Counted from the first letter of the stretch, positions 19,554 to 31,151 are shown. The stretch is DNA of 64,000 nucleotides from Frankiales bacterium (GCA_025965475.1 JAOPWV010000069.1:590-64589); one strand, 5' to 3'. Made by a program: numbers and translations. The notes: generated from the sequence alone by a model not told the origin.

Positions 19554-20345
19554 GTGCGCCGCCTTTCCGTACCGCTCACCGCTCTCGCCGCCGCCGCCGG
19601 GCTGCTCGCCGGCTGCGGTGGATCCACCGGCTCGCAGGCGACGAGCAAACCGGCGAACGCGTCGGCATCGGTGACGGGCACCGTCAACGTGTTCGCGGCG
19701 GCGTCGCTGCAGAAGGCGTTCACGAAGCTGGGCGCCCAGTTCGAGGCGGCCCACCCGGGTACGAAGGTGGTCTTCAACTTCGGCCCGAGCTCCGGGCTGG
19801 CCCAGCAGATCGGTCAGGGCGCCCCGGCGGACGTGTTCGCCTCGGCGAGCACCAAGAACATGGACCAGGTCGTGTCCGGCGGCGAGGCGGCGAAGCCGAC
19901 GAACTTCGTGGCGAACAGGATGCAGATCGCGGTGCCGCCGAAGAACCCCGCGGGCATCACCACGGTCGCCGACCTGGCCGAGAAGGGCGTCAAGGTCGCG
20001 CTGTGCCAGGCACAGGTGCCGTGCGGAGCGACGGCGCTCAAGGTGTTCGACAAGGCGAAGGTCACGGTCACCCCGGTCACCCAGGAGGTCGATGTGAAGG
20101 CGACCCTGAGCAAGGTCAGCCTCGGCGAGGTGGACGCCGGAGTCGTCTACGTCACCGACGTCCTGTCCGCCGGCGACAAGGTCAAGGGCATCGCGATCCC
20201 GGACGACGTCAACGCCTCGACCATCTACCCGATCGCGACGCTGACCGGGTCGAAGAACGCCGCCACCGCGCAGGCGTTCGTCGACTACGTCCTGTCCCCC
20301 GACGGGCTCGCGGTGCTGACCGCCGCCGGGTTCGCCAAGCCGTAA
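19554..20345 (+). CDS. modA: Molybdate ABC transporter substrate-binding lipoprotein
   Basis: Lipobox LAGC, VFAAASL, GPSSGL, ADVFASA, VPCG, VYVTD. Confidence 0.93.
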   Translation: MRRLSVPLTALAAAAGLLAGCGGSTGSQATSKPANASASVTGTVNVFAAASLQKAFTKLGAQFEAAHPGTKVVFNFGPSSGLAQQIGQGAPADVFASASTKNMDQVVSGGEAAKPTNFVANRMQIAVPPKNPAGITTVADLAEKGVKVALCQAQVPCGATALKVFDKAKVTVTPVTQEVDVKATLSKVSLGEVDAGVVYVTDVLSAGDKVKGIAIPDDVNASTIYPIATLTGSKNAATAQAFVDYVLSPDGLAVLTAAGFAKP

Positions 20346-20392
20346 CCGGGTTCGAGCGAGGTACCGCACGACGACCAGGCAGGCTGTCCGGC

Positions 20393-21264
20393 ATGAGCGC
20401 ACGACCCGACCGCACCCGGGCCACACCGTCCGGCGCACCGCGGCCCAGGGATCCACGGCGGGTCGCCGACCCGTCGCAGCGGGGCGGGGTCCCGTGGCCC
20501 CTCGGGCTGCCCGCGCTGGTCACCGTCGCGTTCCTGCTGCTGCCCCTGGCCGGACTGCTGGTCCGCGCCCCGTGGCGCAGCCTCGGCCGGCTCCTCGTCG
20601 AGAGCCAGGTCGTCGACGCCCTGCGTCTGTCCCTCATCTGCGCCAGCGCCGCGACTGTCCTGTCCCTGCTGTTCGGGGTGCCGCTGGCATGGGTGCTGGC
20701 CCGGGCCACCTTCCGCGGCCGAGGGCTGCTGCGGGCTGCGGTCACGCTGCCGCTGGTGCTGCCGCCCGTCGTCGGCGGTGTCGCCCTGCTGCTCGCGTTC
20801 GGCCGGCGCGGCATCGTCGGGCAGTACCTCGACTCCTGGTTCGGGATCACCCTTCCGTTCAGCACGGTGGGCGTCGTGATCGCCGAGACGTTCGTCGCGA
20901 TGCCCTTCCTCATCGTCACGGTCGAGGGCGCCTTCCGTACCGCCGATCGCGGCTACGAGGAGGCAGCCGCGACCCTGGGTGCGTCCCGGCTGACCGTGTT
21001 CCGGCGCGTCACCCTGCCTCTCATCGGCCCGTCGCTGGTGGCCGGCTCGGTGCTGTGCTGGGCCCGGGCGCTGGGTGAGTTCGGGGCCACCATCACCTTC
21101 GCCGGCAACTTCCCCGGCCGCACCCAGACGATGCCGATCGCGGTGTACCTCGCGCTCGAGAGCGATCCGGAGGCGGCCATCGCCCTGTCCCTGGTCCTGC
21201 TCGCCGTCTCCATCGCCGTGCTGGTCGGGCTGCGTGACCGTTGGCTGAACACGGGGACCGCGGC

Positions 21265-21268
<4 letters not shown>
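20393..21268 (+). CDS. modB: Molybdate ABC transporter permease
   Basis: LPLVLPPVVGG, EEAAATLGA, ARALGEFGAT. Confidence 0.93.
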
Positions 21269-22416
<1,148 letters not shown>

Positions 22417-22500
22417 AGCTCCGCCTGACGACACAGGCCGCGCCGGACACCTCGACGTGAGGGTCGGCGCGGCCTGAGTGTCAGGGCTGGCGGTGGAGGC

Positions 22501-23697
22501 TCAGACGTCCGGGCCGTAGAGACCGAAGTGCAGCGCCGGGTCCGCGGGGTCCCAGGTGTTGTGCTGCTGCGCGCGGGCGCCCATGTCGCGCACCCGGTCC
22601 AGCAAGGCGTGGCCCAGCTGCAGCTGACCGGGCTCCCATGCCTTGAGGCCGATCGGCACGTCGCCGGCGGAGGCCCGCAAGGCGTCGGCGAGCGCCCACG
22701 CGTCGGACGCGACCTTGGCGGTACCGGCCGCGGCGTGCGGACGCGCCGCGAAGGCGGCATCGCCGATGAGGGCGACCCGGCCGAAGGCCATCCGGTCGAT
22801 CTCGATGTCGAGCACCGGCTGGATGTACGGCTCGGCGGTGCGCCGGACCAGCTCGGCGGCGGCCGGCGACAGCTCGGTCAGCGCGGCCTCCTTCAGCTCC
22901 GCGACGTACCGGTCCTGCACCTGACCGGGGTGGACCGAGACCGCGGCCGGGAAGCCCCGCTTGTCGGTGAGCATCTCGTCGAGCTCCGGGCCGCCGGTCA
23001 CGTTGCGGTACCAGACGTAGTTGAGCAGGCGCTTCCCACGCTCGAGTTCCCCGCCGAGGCCGGGGATCGGGTACATGCAGATGTGCGTGGACGGACCGAC
23101 GGTGTAGCTCAGCGCGTCGTCGAGCAGGGCATGCGTCTCAGCGGACACCTCGGTCTCCGGGACGGTGCCGCGCCAGCCGACGTAGCCGGAGTAGACCGGT
23201 GCCACCTCGGGCAGCATCCGGCGACGGCCGGTGGAGGAGATGCCGTCGGCGAAGACGACCAGGTCGGCGCGCTCGGTGCGGCCGCTGACGAAGCGCAGGT
23301 CCACGCCGTCGACGTCCTGGTCCAGGCCGGCAGCGACCTCACCGAGGTGGTAGTGCTCGGTTCCGAAGTCCTCGAGCAGGAAGCGGTAGAGCGTCGTCCA
23401 GGAGGTGAACCGCCACTGGGCCGGCTCCTCGTGCACGATCGCGTTGCCCGCGCCGATGTAGCGCAGCTTCGAGGAACCGGTGCTCACCGCCTCCACCGAG
23501 ACGTCGGTACGGCGCTCGGTCAGCCAGCGGACCGTGTCCGGCTGCAGCACGATGCCGGCGCCGCGACCGTCGAGAACGGTCGGTGTGCGCTCGAAGACGT
23601 CGACGCGGAAGCCCAGGTCACGCAGCAGGAGTGCGGCGGTCAACCCGCCGATGGACCCGCCGACCACAATGGCCCGCTGCTCGTCGAACGCCGGCAT
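22501..23697 (-). CDS. dhpH: 2,6-dihydroxypyridine 3-monooxygenase-like flavoprotein hydroxylase
   Basis: VVGGSIGGLTAALLLRD, GIVLQP, WRFTS, YSGYVGWRG, YPIPG, WYRNV, RPHAAAGTAK: collinear with recalled Arthrobacter DhpH. Confidence 0.75.
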   Translation of the reverse strand: MPAFDEQRAIVVGGSIGGLTAALLLRDLGFRVDVFERTPTVLDGRGAGIVLQPDTVRWLTERRTDVSVEAVSTGSSKLRYIGAGNAIVHEEPAQWRFTSWTTLYRFLLEDFGTEHYHLGEVAAGLDQDVDGVDLRFVSGRTERADLVVFADGISSTGRRRMLPEVAPVYSGYVGWRGTVPETEVSAETHALLDDALSYTVGPSTHICMYPIPGLGGELERGKRLLNYVWYRNVTGGPELDEMLTDKRGFPAAVSVHPGQVQDRYVAELKEAALTELSPAAAELVRRTAEPYIQPVLDIEIDRMAFGRVALIGDAAFAARPHAAAGTAKVASDAWALADALRASAGDVPIGLKAWEPGQLQLGHALLDRVRDMGARAQQHNTWDPADPALHFGLYGPDV

Positions 23698-23719
23698 CCG
23701 GGTCCTCCCTGAAACTGGT

Positions 23720-23744
23720 GACAGCGACGCCGATCGTCGCTGTC
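23720..23744. promoter_or_regulatory. Perfect 10-bp stem hairpin in the dhpH 5' leader
   Basis: GACAGCGACG-CCGAT-CGTCGCTGTC. Confidence 0.5.
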
Positions 23745-23824
23745 TGTCGGGTTCCAGCCTGACCGCACGGGACACCTGGACCTATGGGAGCTGACACACC
23801 GTTCTGCCAGATCCCTGTTGCAGC

Positions 23825-25006
23825 TCACATCCGCCGGGCGGCACTGGAACGCGCCGCGACGACCGCCGCAAGCTCCTCCAGACTGGCCACGTTGTGCCCA
23901 GGCAGGAACACGTCGAGGTGCGGCAGCGCGGCTGCCATACCCCGGGCCAGCGGCTGGTAGCGCGGATCGCCCTTGAGTGGGTTGAGCCACACGAGCCGGT
24001 GCGCGAGCCGGGCCAGCCGGGCGGTCGCCGCGCCCAGCAGCTCGGGGTCGTCGCGGTCCAGACCGTCCGAGCAGACGACGACGATCGCGCCGCGTAGGGC
24101 CGCGTGCCCCCGGCGAGCCGCCAGCAGCTGGGTCAGGGACGTCGCCAGGCGGGTGCCACCGTCCCAGTCCGCCACCTGCCGGCCCACCTGGGCCAGCGCC
24201 CGGTCGGCGTTGTCGTGCCGCAGCGCGTCGGTGACCCGGCTCAGCCGAACGCCGACCGTGAACACCTCGACGCGGTGCCCCGCGTGCAGCAGGGCGTGCC
24301 CGAAGCGCAGCAGTGCCACGGCGTACGGGGTCATGGAGCCGGAGACGTCCACGATCAGGGTGACCGGCCGTTGCCGGACCCGACGGCGCCGCCGGCCCAG
24401 CCGGGCCGGTTCCCCGTCCGTGGCCAGCGACCGGCGCAACGTCGTGCGCATGTCCAGGTACCGGCCGCTGGACGCGGCCCGGCGCCGCCGGCTCAGCCGG
24501 CGGGGCAGCCGGACGCGCAGCCGGCGGATGAGCAGCGCAGCGGACCGGCGCTCCTCGTTCGTCATCCGGGCGAACGACTTCTCCCGGAGCCGCTCCGCCT
24601 CGCTGGCGACGACCCGGGCCTCCTCCGGGACCTCCTGCAGCTCCTCGGCTACCGCGACGTCCATGGCCGCGCGGGCGAGGGTCTCGCTGTCGCGGTCCAG
24701 CACGGTCGTCGGCGGGTGCGGTGGCGCGGCCGGGAGCAGGTCGGTGTCGTCGCTGAAGGCGAAGAACTCCGCGAAGGCGCGGGCGTAGGCCGGCAGCACC
24801 GCGACATCGGTCGCCAGCACCGCCTGCCCCGCGCGGTAGAACTCGCCGGCGGTCGGGGCGCCGAGCAGGTACAGCGCCTGAAGGAAGGCCACCGTCTGCG
24901 CCGGCCCGACCGGGACGCCGCGGCGCCGCAGCAGGTCGGTGAAGTCCGCGCAGGTCTTGGCGAGGTCGGCCCCGTCCTGCCGCCCGGCCACCCCCTGCTC
25001 GGTCAC
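23825..25006 (-). CDS. coxE: CoxE-like VWA domain protein
   Basis: DVSGSM MIDAS, WDGGTR, SDGLD, WLNPL. Confidence 0.88.
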   Translation of the reverse strand: MTEQGVAGRQDGADLAKTCADFTDLLRRRGVPVGPAQTVAFLQALYLLGAPTAGEFYRAGQAVLATDVAVLPAYARAFAEFFAFSDDTDLLPAAPPHPPTTVLDRDSETLARAAMDVAVAEELQEVPEEARVVASEAERLREKSFARMTNEERRSAALLIRRLRVRLPRRLSRRRRAASSGRYLDMRTTLRRSLATDGEPARLGRRRRRVRQRPVTLIVDVSGSMTPYAVALLRFGHALLHAGHRVEVFTVGVRLSRVTDALRHDNADRALAQVGRQVADWDGGTRLATSLTQLLAARRGHAALRGAIVVVCSDGLDRDDPELLGAATARLARLAHRLVWLNPLKGDPRYQPLARGMAAALPHLDVFLPGHNVASLEELAAVVAARSSAARRM

Positions 25007-25013
25007 GGGACCC

Positions 25014-25898
25014 TCAGGCCGTGTCGGGAACGACGTCGTCGATCGCCTCGACGACGGCCTGCTGGTCGTCGACGTCCTTGATCAGCGCGGCGAGCGTGTC
25101 CAAGGCGGTCTGCCGGTCCAGCTTGGCCAGCCCGAGCATGTGCAGGGCGCTGGCCCAGTCCACCGCCTCGCCGACCCCGGGCCGGTTGACCAGGTCCAGC
25201 CCGCGGATGCGGGCGACGGCGCCGGCGACCTCGGCGGCCAGCGCCTCGGGCACCTGGGGGGCCCGCAGCCGCAGGATCTCCAGTTCCCGCCGGGCGTCGG
25301 GGTGCGCCACCCAGCTGTACAGGCAGCGTCGCCGGACCGCGTTGTGCAGGTCACGTGTCCGGTTGGAGGTCAGCACGACCAGGGGCCGGGTGGGCGCCTG
25401 GATCCGGCCCAGCTCGGGGATCGTGACGGAGAAGTCCGACAGCAGCTCCAGCAGGAACGCCTCGAACTCGTCGTCGGCACGGTCCAGCTCGTCGATGAGC
25501 AGCACCGCCCTGGACCCGAGTTCCAGGGCGGACAGCAGCGGCCGCGGCAGCAGGAACTCCCGGGTGAACACGTCCGCGTGCGCCTGGCCCTCACGCACCG
25601 CCAGCAGCTGGCGGGCGTAGTGCCAGTCGTAGAGCGCCTGACTGGTGTCGATGCCTTCGTAGCACTGCAACCGGACCAGCTCCCGGCCCAGCAGCTGGGC
25701 CAGCGCCAGGGCGATCTCCGTCTTGCCGACCCCGTTCTCCCCCTCCAGCAGCAGCGGGCGGCCCATCCGCAGGGCGAGGAACGCCGCCATCGCCAGGCTG
25801 TCGTCGGCGAGGTAGTCGACACTGGCCAGGCCCCGCTGCAGGTCCGCGACCGTGCTGAACCCGGCCGCCGCCTCGCTGGAGGGGGAGGTGGTGCTCAT
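25014..25898 (-). CDS. coxD: CoxD-like MoxR AAA+ ATPase
   Basis: LLEGENGVGKT, RLQCYEG, LIDELDRADDEFE, TSNRTR. Confidence 0.9.
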   Translation of the reverse strand: MSTTSPSSEAAAGFSTVADLQRGLASVDYLADDSLAMAAFLALRMGRPLLLEGENGVGKTEIALALAQLLGRELVRLQCYEGIDTSQALYDWHYARQLLAVREGQAHADVFTREFLLPRPLLSALELGSRAVLLIDELDRADDEFEAFLLELLSDFSVTIPELGRIQAPTRPLVVLTSNRTRDLHNAVRRRCLYSWVAHPDARRELEILRLRAPQVPEALAAEVAGAVARIRGLDLVNRPGVGEAVDWASALHMLGLAKLDRQTALDTLAALIKDVDDQQAVVEAIDDVVPDTA

Positions 25899-26578
25899 GC
25901 CGCGTCCACGACCCGCTTCCGGCGCCCGGTGACCAGCTGGCCGAACCGTCGGACGAACCCGGCGAGGATGACCAGGGCGATCCGGAAGCCGGACAGGCCG
26001 GCGTCCTGCTCCGGCGGTGTCACGACCCGCGGCGCGGCGGCAACCGGGGCCGCCGCGGTGGCGGCCACCTGCTCCGGGCCCTGCGGCCTGGCAGCCGGGC
26101 CGGCCACCTGTGCCGGGACGTCCCGACCCGCGGTCAGCCGGGCTTCGAGACGGTCGGCGAACTGCTTGGTCATGGTCTTCGAGACGTCGGCGATCATGCC
26201 GCGGCCGAAGGAGGCGATCTGTCCGGCGACCTTGAGGTCCTGGACGATCTCCACCGTCGTCGTACCGGGCTCCGCGCCGGCCAGCACCGCGACCGCGATG
26301 TCGGCGGTCGCGCTCCCCCGGCCCGACTTGTCCTTGCCGGCGCCCTGCAGCCGCAGCCGCCGGCCGGCGTCGTCGCGCTCGACCATGGCGACGTCCCCGG
26401 CGAAGGCCAGCGCCACCGGACCGAACTTGATCTTCAGACGACCACGCCAGTGCGTGTCGTCGACAGTCTCCAGCAACTCCGCGCCCGGCATGCAGGGCAC
26501 CAGGTTCTCGACCGCGAGCAGGTACTCCCATACCTGCGCGGGGTCGCCGGAGACGGTGAACGAGTTCTGCAGTTCCAT
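25895..26578 (-). CDS. coxG: CoxG-like SRPBCC protein with C-terminal anchor
   Basis: MELQNSFTV, PCMPGA, GQIASFGRGMI. Confidence 0.88.
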   Translation of the reverse strand: MELQNSFTVSGDPAQVWEYLLAVENLVPCMPGAELLETVDDTHWRGRLKIKFGPVALAFAGDVAMVERDDAGRRLRLQGAGKDKSGRGSATADIAVAVLAGAEPGTTTVEIVQDLKVAGQIASFGRGMIADVSKTMTKQFADRLEARLTAGRDVPAQVAGPAARPQGPEQVAATAAAPVAAAPRVVTPPEQDAGLSGFRIALVILAGFVRRFGQLVTGRRKRVVDAA

Positions 26579-29071
26579 TTAGCTGCGCTGCTCCTTCTGC
26601 TGCTCCCGTGCTGCGAGCACGGTCGCCACGATGTCCGACGGCTTGACCGGCAGGTTCTGCACGTGCATACCGAACTCGCGCAACGCGTCGTCGATGGCTG
26701 CCGAGATGACGCCGGGCGTCGCCATGCGGCCACCCTCGCCGCCACCCTTGATGCCGTACTCGGTGTACGGCGACGGGGTCTCGACGTGGCCGAGCTTCAT
26801 GGCCGGGATCTCGTTGGCCGTCGGGATGAGGTAGTCCAGGAAGGTCGAGGACTTGAACTGCCCGTCCTCGTCGTAGGCCAACTCCTCGAGCAGGGCTGTA
26901 CCCACACCCTGCGCCGTTCCACCCGTGACGTGACCGCCCAGGGTGATCGGGTTGACGATCGTCCCGGCGTCATGGACGGCGACGTAGTCCAGCCACGTCG
27001 TCATGCCGGTGTCCGGGTCGACCTCCATGACCGCGATGTGGCAGTTGTGGCCCATGATCGGGTAGAAGATGCCCAGATCGCTGCGGTCCGGCGAGGGCAG
27101 CGTGGTGAGCGGGTGGTCGTACGTGTGCTGCTCCTCCAGGCCGCTGGTCATGCCCGGGGGCAGGTTCAGCGCGAAGAAGTACGCCGTGGCGGCCACCTCG
27201 CCAAGGCTGAGGCCGACCTCGGGGGCGCCCTTCACCTGCACCCGCGCGTCGGTGATCTCCATGTCCTCCGGCGGCACCTCGAGGGTGTGCGCGGCGATCT
27301 CGATGATCTTCTTCTGCAGTTTCTTCGCCGCGCCCCGGATCGCGCCGGTCACCATGACGGTGAAGCGGCTGCCGCCGGGGCCGGTGCCGGGCAGGGCGTG
27401 CGCCGAGTCGGCGTACCGGATATTGACCTTGTCCGGCTCGACGCCGAACTCCTCGGCCACGACCATCGCCGCGACCGTCTCCGGGCTGTTGCCCCACATG
27501 GCCTGCGAGTGCAGCAGCACCTGGAACTCGCCCGAGGGGTCGATCGTGATCGTCGCGCTCTCCGGGCTGGAGGTGATCGGGAACGCCGGCTCGTCGAACC
27601 AGTACCAGAACTCGGTGGAGCTGAAGACGCTGCGCTCCTGGGTGGTGACCAGGCCGATGCCGATGTAGCGGTTCTCCTCCTCGCGCAGGCGCTTCTTCTC
27701 CTTGCGCCAGTGCTCGAGGTCGATCATCGACAGTGCCTTGTCCAGCACGGCCTCGTAGTCGCCGCTGTCGTAGAGGTTCCCGCCCGGGATCTTGTGCGGG
27801 AACTGCTCCGGCTGGATGAAGTTCTTCCGGCGGATGACCTCGGGGGCCATGCCCAGCTTCTCGGCGGCCTGGTCGACCAGCCGCTCGAGCACCCAGTTGT
27901 GCACCTCGGAGCCGAAGCCGCGGTAGGCGCCCTGCTGGCACTTGTTGGTGAGCACCGCGCGCAGGTGGTAGCGCAGGTTGTTGAAGTTGTACGGGCCGAC
28001 GCCCTGCGACAGCGCGTTGCCGTGCGTGCCCACGCCGAACTGCAGGTACGCGCCGTAGTCGTCGACGACGTCGACGTCCATGCCGACGATGGTGCCGTCG
28101 CACGTGAGCGCCAGCTTCGCCTCGTAGTAGCGATCCGACGCGTGGTGGTCGGAGTTCATCAGGTGGTCGAGCCGGTCCTCGACGTACGACACCGGGCGGT
28201 TGACCTGCAGCGCCAGGAAGCCGGCCAGGGTCGGCACCTTGTGTGCGGTGAACTTGCTGCCGAAGCTGCCGCCCGCTGGGACGGGGTTGATCGTCACCCG
28301 GTTGCTGGGCAGCTTGAGAGCGGTCGCGATCAGCCACACGAAGTAGCTGAAGTTCATCGAGTTGCAGTAGATCTCGAGCACGCCGTTGAGGCCGGGCTTG
28401 CCGATCGCCCCGGTGGTCTCCAGCGGCATGCCCGCCGAGCGACCCCAGTGCAGGGTGTCGGAGACGACGAGGTCGGCGCGCTCGAACGCCTCGTCCACCT
28501 CACCGAACGTGAAGCTCCGCTCGTAGGCCAGGTTGCTGCCGTGTCCCTCGTGCAGCAGGGCCGCGTCCGCCTCGAGCGCCTTGAACGGGTTCACCACCGG
28601 CGGGAGCTCCTCGAACTCCACGTCGAGCGCGTCCACGCCGTCCTCGGCGAGGTACCGGGTGTCGGCGATGACGGCGACGACGGCCTCGCCGACGTACCGG
28701 ACCTTGTCCACCGCGAGCGGGTACTGGGGGATCGTCGACGGACCGAAGTTCATGCAGGGGTTCATCTTCGCCCTGCAGTCCTCACCGGTGACCACGGCGA
28801 TGACGCCGGGGATGGCGAGGGCGGCAGTGGCGTCGATGGAGACGATCCGGCCGTGCGCGACCGGGCTGCGGAAGATGGCGGCGTGCGTGAGGCCGGCGAT
28901 CTTCTGGTCGGCGATGAAGCCACCGCGACCGGTGAGCAGCCGCGGGTCCTCGACCCGCTTCATGCTGCGGCCGATGTACTTGCGCTTGACCTGCCCACCG
29001 GAGGGGGCAGCGGCCTCGGCGGCGCGGGCCAAGGCGTCGTTGAAGGCGTCATTGGTCGTGTCGGAGGTCAT
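26579..29071 (-). CDS. Xanthine dehydrogenase family molybdopterin-binding large subunit (heterocycle hydroxylase)
   Basis: RVEDPRLLTG, GGSFGSK, AYRGFG, GPGGSR, KGGGEG. Confidence 0.92.
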   Translation of the reverse strand: MTSDTTNDAFNDALARAAEAAAPSGGQVKRKYIGRSMKRVEDPRLLTGRGGFIADQKIAGLTHAAIFRSPVAHGRIVSIDATAALAIPGVIAVVTGEDCRAKMNPCMNFGPSTIPQYPLAVDKVRYVGEAVVAVIADTRYLAEDGVDALDVEFEELPPVVNPFKALEADAALLHEGHGSNLAYERSFTFGEVDEAFERADLVVSDTLHWGRSAGMPLETTGAIGKPGLNGVLEIYCNSMNFSYFVWLIATALKLPSNRVTINPVPAGGSFGSKFTAHKVPTLAGFLALQVNRPVSYVEDRLDHLMNSDHHASDRYYEAKLALTCDGTIVGMDVDVVDDYGAYLQFGVGTHGNALSQGVGPYNFNNLRYHLRAVLTNKCQQGAYRGFGSEVHNWVLERLVDQAAEKLGMAPEVIRRKNFIQPEQFPHKIPGGNLYDSGDYEAVLDKALSMIDLEHWRKEKKRLREEENRYIGIGLVTTQERSVFSSTEFWYWFDEPAFPITSSPESATITIDPSGEFQVLLHSQAMWGNSPETVAAMVVAEEFGVEPDKVNIRYADSAHALPGTGPGGSRFTVMVTGAIRGAAKKLQKKIIEIAAHTLEVPPEDMEITDARVQVKGAPEVGLSLGEVAATAYFFALNLPPGMTSGLEEQHTYDHPLTTLPSPDRSDLGIFYPIMGHNCHIAVMEVDPDTGMTTWLDYVAVHDAGTIVNPITLGGHVTGGTAQGVGTALLEELAYDEDGQFKSSTFLDYLIPTANEIPAMKLGHVETPSPYTEYGIKGGGEGGRMATPGVISAAIDDALREFGMHVQNLPVKPSDIVATVLAAREQQKEQRS

Positions 29072-29075
29072 CGCG

Positions 29076-29651
29076 TCAGGCTCCCGGGTTCTGGTCGGAG
29101 GAGCCGCCGGTACCGGTACCCGCGGCGATCGGTGCCGGGGAGCCGGCACGGAGCTTGCGGGCCGCGCACTGCACCGAGTTGATGATGTTCTGGTAGCCCG
29201 TGCAGCGGCAGAGGATCCCGGAGATATCCTGGCGGACCTCCTCGTCGGTCCGTTCGCGGCCGTCGGCCAGGATCTCCTTGGTACGCAGGACCATGGCCGG
29301 TGTACAGAAGCCGCACTGCAGGCCGTGCTCCTCCTGGAAGGCCTCCTGGATCGGGTGCAGTTTGGTCTGGTCGCTCGACAGGCTCTCCACCGTCTCGACG
29401 TCCCGGCCGTTGACCTGCGCGGCCAGCATCAGGCAGGCACGCACCGACTGGCCGTCGAGCAGGATCGTGCAGCATCCGCACACGCCGTGCTCGCAGCCGA
29501 GATGAACGCTGACCAGGTCGAGCTCGTCGCGCAGCCAGTCGGCGAGGGTGGTGCGGGTGTCCACCACGCCGGACACGTCCCGCCCGTTCACGCGCGCGGT
29601 GATCGTGCGCTGCAGCGTCGGATCCACGCCGCCCTGGGTCTGGATCGTCAT
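29076..29651 (-). CDS. Molybdo-hydroxylase 2x[2Fe-2S] small subunit
   Basis: GCEHGVCGCCT, QCGFCTP, LCRCTGY. Confidence 0.93.
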   Translation of the reverse strand: MTIQTQGGVDPTLQRTITARVNGRDVSGVVDTRTTLADWLRDELDLVSVHLGCEHGVCGCCTILLDGQSVRACLMLAAQVNGRDVETVESLSSDQTKLHPIQEAFQEEHGLQCGFCTPAMVLRTKEILADGRERTDEEVRQDISGILCRCTGYQNIINSVQCAARKLRAGSPAPIAAGTGTGGSSDQNPGA

Positions 29652-30529
29652 GAACGGTTTCCTTCCTGCGCGCGGCCGACTGCCTCGAGAACGGCGCGCT
29701 GGGTGACGGTGGCGGCGAGGTGCCGGCGGTAGCTGTGGGTGGCGTGCATGTCGTCGGAAGCGGTCACCTGCTCCTCGATGGCGCGGGCCGCGACGGCGAC
29801 CGCGTCCGCAGTCGGCAGCTGGCCGAGCAGCTGCGCCTCGACCTCGGTGGCGCGCAGCGGGCGGTCGCTGATGCTGGCGAGGCCGATGGCGATCTCGGAG
29901 ACCCGACCGGCCTCGTCAAGGCGCAGCTGCGCCGCGGCGGCGGCGAGCGCGAAGTCGCCCTCACGGCGGGCCACCTCGACGAACCCCCAGCCGGCGTCGG
30001 CGGGCGTGATCGGGAAGCGGACGGCGACAAGCAACTCGTCGGGCGCGATGGTGCTGGTCATCCAGCCGGCGAAGAAGTCCCGGGCCGCCTCGACGCGACG
30101 GCCGGCGGGGCCCTCGATCACCATCTCGGCGTCGAGCGTGACCGCGGCAGTGGGCAGCTCGGCTGCGGAGTCCGCGTGCGCGAGGCTGCCGCCGACCGTG
30201 CCGCGGTGCCGGTTCTCCACGTGCCCGATGTAGTGGGTCACCGCGGCGAGCAGCGGGACGTTGCGCGCGACGAGCGGGTCGGTCTCGAGCTGGTACTGGC
30301 GGACCAGCGCACCGAACTCCACGTGGGTCGGGCCGACCTCGAGCTGCTGCAGCGAGGAGATCCGGTTGATGTCCAGCAGCGCGTCGGGCTTGGCCAGCCG
30401 GGTGGCGAGCATCGGCACGAGGCTCTGGCCACCGGCGAGCACGACGGCGTCGGTCTCGAACCGGGCCTTGAGCTCGACGGCCTCGGCGACGGTGTCCGGG
30501 TCGTAGTAGGCGAAACGGGGCGGCTTCAT
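29648..30529 (-). CDS. Molybdo-hydroxylase FAD-binding medium subunit
   Basis: MKPPRFAY, LAGGQSL, RHRGTVGGS, RREGDFA; TAAGGAG RBS. Confidence 0.93.
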   Translation of the reverse strand: MKPPRFAYYDPDTVAEAVELKARFETDAVVLAGGQSLVPMLATRLAKPDALLDINRISSLQQLEVGPTHVEFGALVRQYQLETDPLVARNVPLLAAVTHYIGHVENRHRGTVGGSLAHADSAAELPTAAVTLDAEMVIEGPAGRRVEAARDFFAGWMTSTIAPDELLVAVRFPITPADAGWGFVEVARREGDFALAAAAAQLRLDEAGRVSEIAIGLASISDRPLRATEVEAQLLGQLPTADAVAVAARAIEEQVTASDDMHATHSYRRHLAATVTQRAVLEAVGRAQEGNRS

Positions 30530-30591
30530 CGCGCTCCTTAGCGCTGCACCGCGCGGCAGAACCACACGGCTGGCGGGTACGGGGGGTGGGT

Positions 30592-31002
30592 TCAGTGCTG
30601 GTGCGGCGCGAAGGGGTGGTCCTCCAGGTTGACCACGATCGCGTCCTGGGTGCTGCGCGCGACGATCATCTGCACCGGCTCGGTGTGACTGGCGTTCTCC
30701 TCCCAGTGCACCACGTTCGGCGGGATGAAGACGAAGTCCCCAGGGTGCGCCTCCCGCTTGGCGTCGAGGCGGTCCCCCACCCACCAGCGGCCGACGCCGC
30801 TGAGGATGTAGAGCGCCGTCTCGGACTGCCCGTGATGGTGCACGCCGGTCTTGCCGCCGGGCGGGAGCACCGACAGTCCCATCCACAGTTCGGTGGACCC
30901 GAGACGCGCGGCCGATACGGCCTCGAAACGCTGCAGACCGGCCGTCTGAGCGGTCTGGTCACTGAGCTCGTCAGCACGGACGACCTGGACGTCAAGCTCC
31001 AC
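30592..31002 (-). CDS. Cupin domain protein
   Basis: GVHHHGQSE and PGDFVFIPPNVVHWE metal motifs; GAGGAG RBS before GTG. Confidence 0.88.
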   Translation of the reverse strand: MELDVQVVRADELSDQTAQTAGLQRFEAVSAARLGSTELWMGLSVLPPGGKTGVHHHGQSETALYILSGVGRWWVGDRLDAKREAHPGDFVFIPPNVVHWEENASHTEPVQMIVARSTQDAIVVNLEDHPFAPHQH

Positions 31003-31070
31003 GGCACTCCTCGGGGTCTGCGGTCGGTGGGGCGACACTGACTGCCACCCCGGCGTGACCTTCGCGTCAC

Positions 31071-31144
31071 TGTGCAGCAACACGACCACCGCTCCCAATG
31101 GGAGCCGCCACTACATCCGGGCCGACCGCTGTGGCGTGGCACAG
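31071..31144. promoter_or_regulatory. Two TGTG-N6-CAC(A) boxes, putative PucR-type operators
   Basis: TGTGcagcaaCACG at 31071 and CTGTGgcgtggCACAG at 31129 between divergent cupin and regulator genes. Confidence 0.5.
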
Positions 31145-31151
31145 TGGGGCG

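Noticed and set aside
26579-30529. Aerobic CO dehydrogenase (coxMSL with coxDEG)
   Set aside because: Active-site loop is AYRGFG rather than AYRCSFR, and the operon ends in a DhpH homologue
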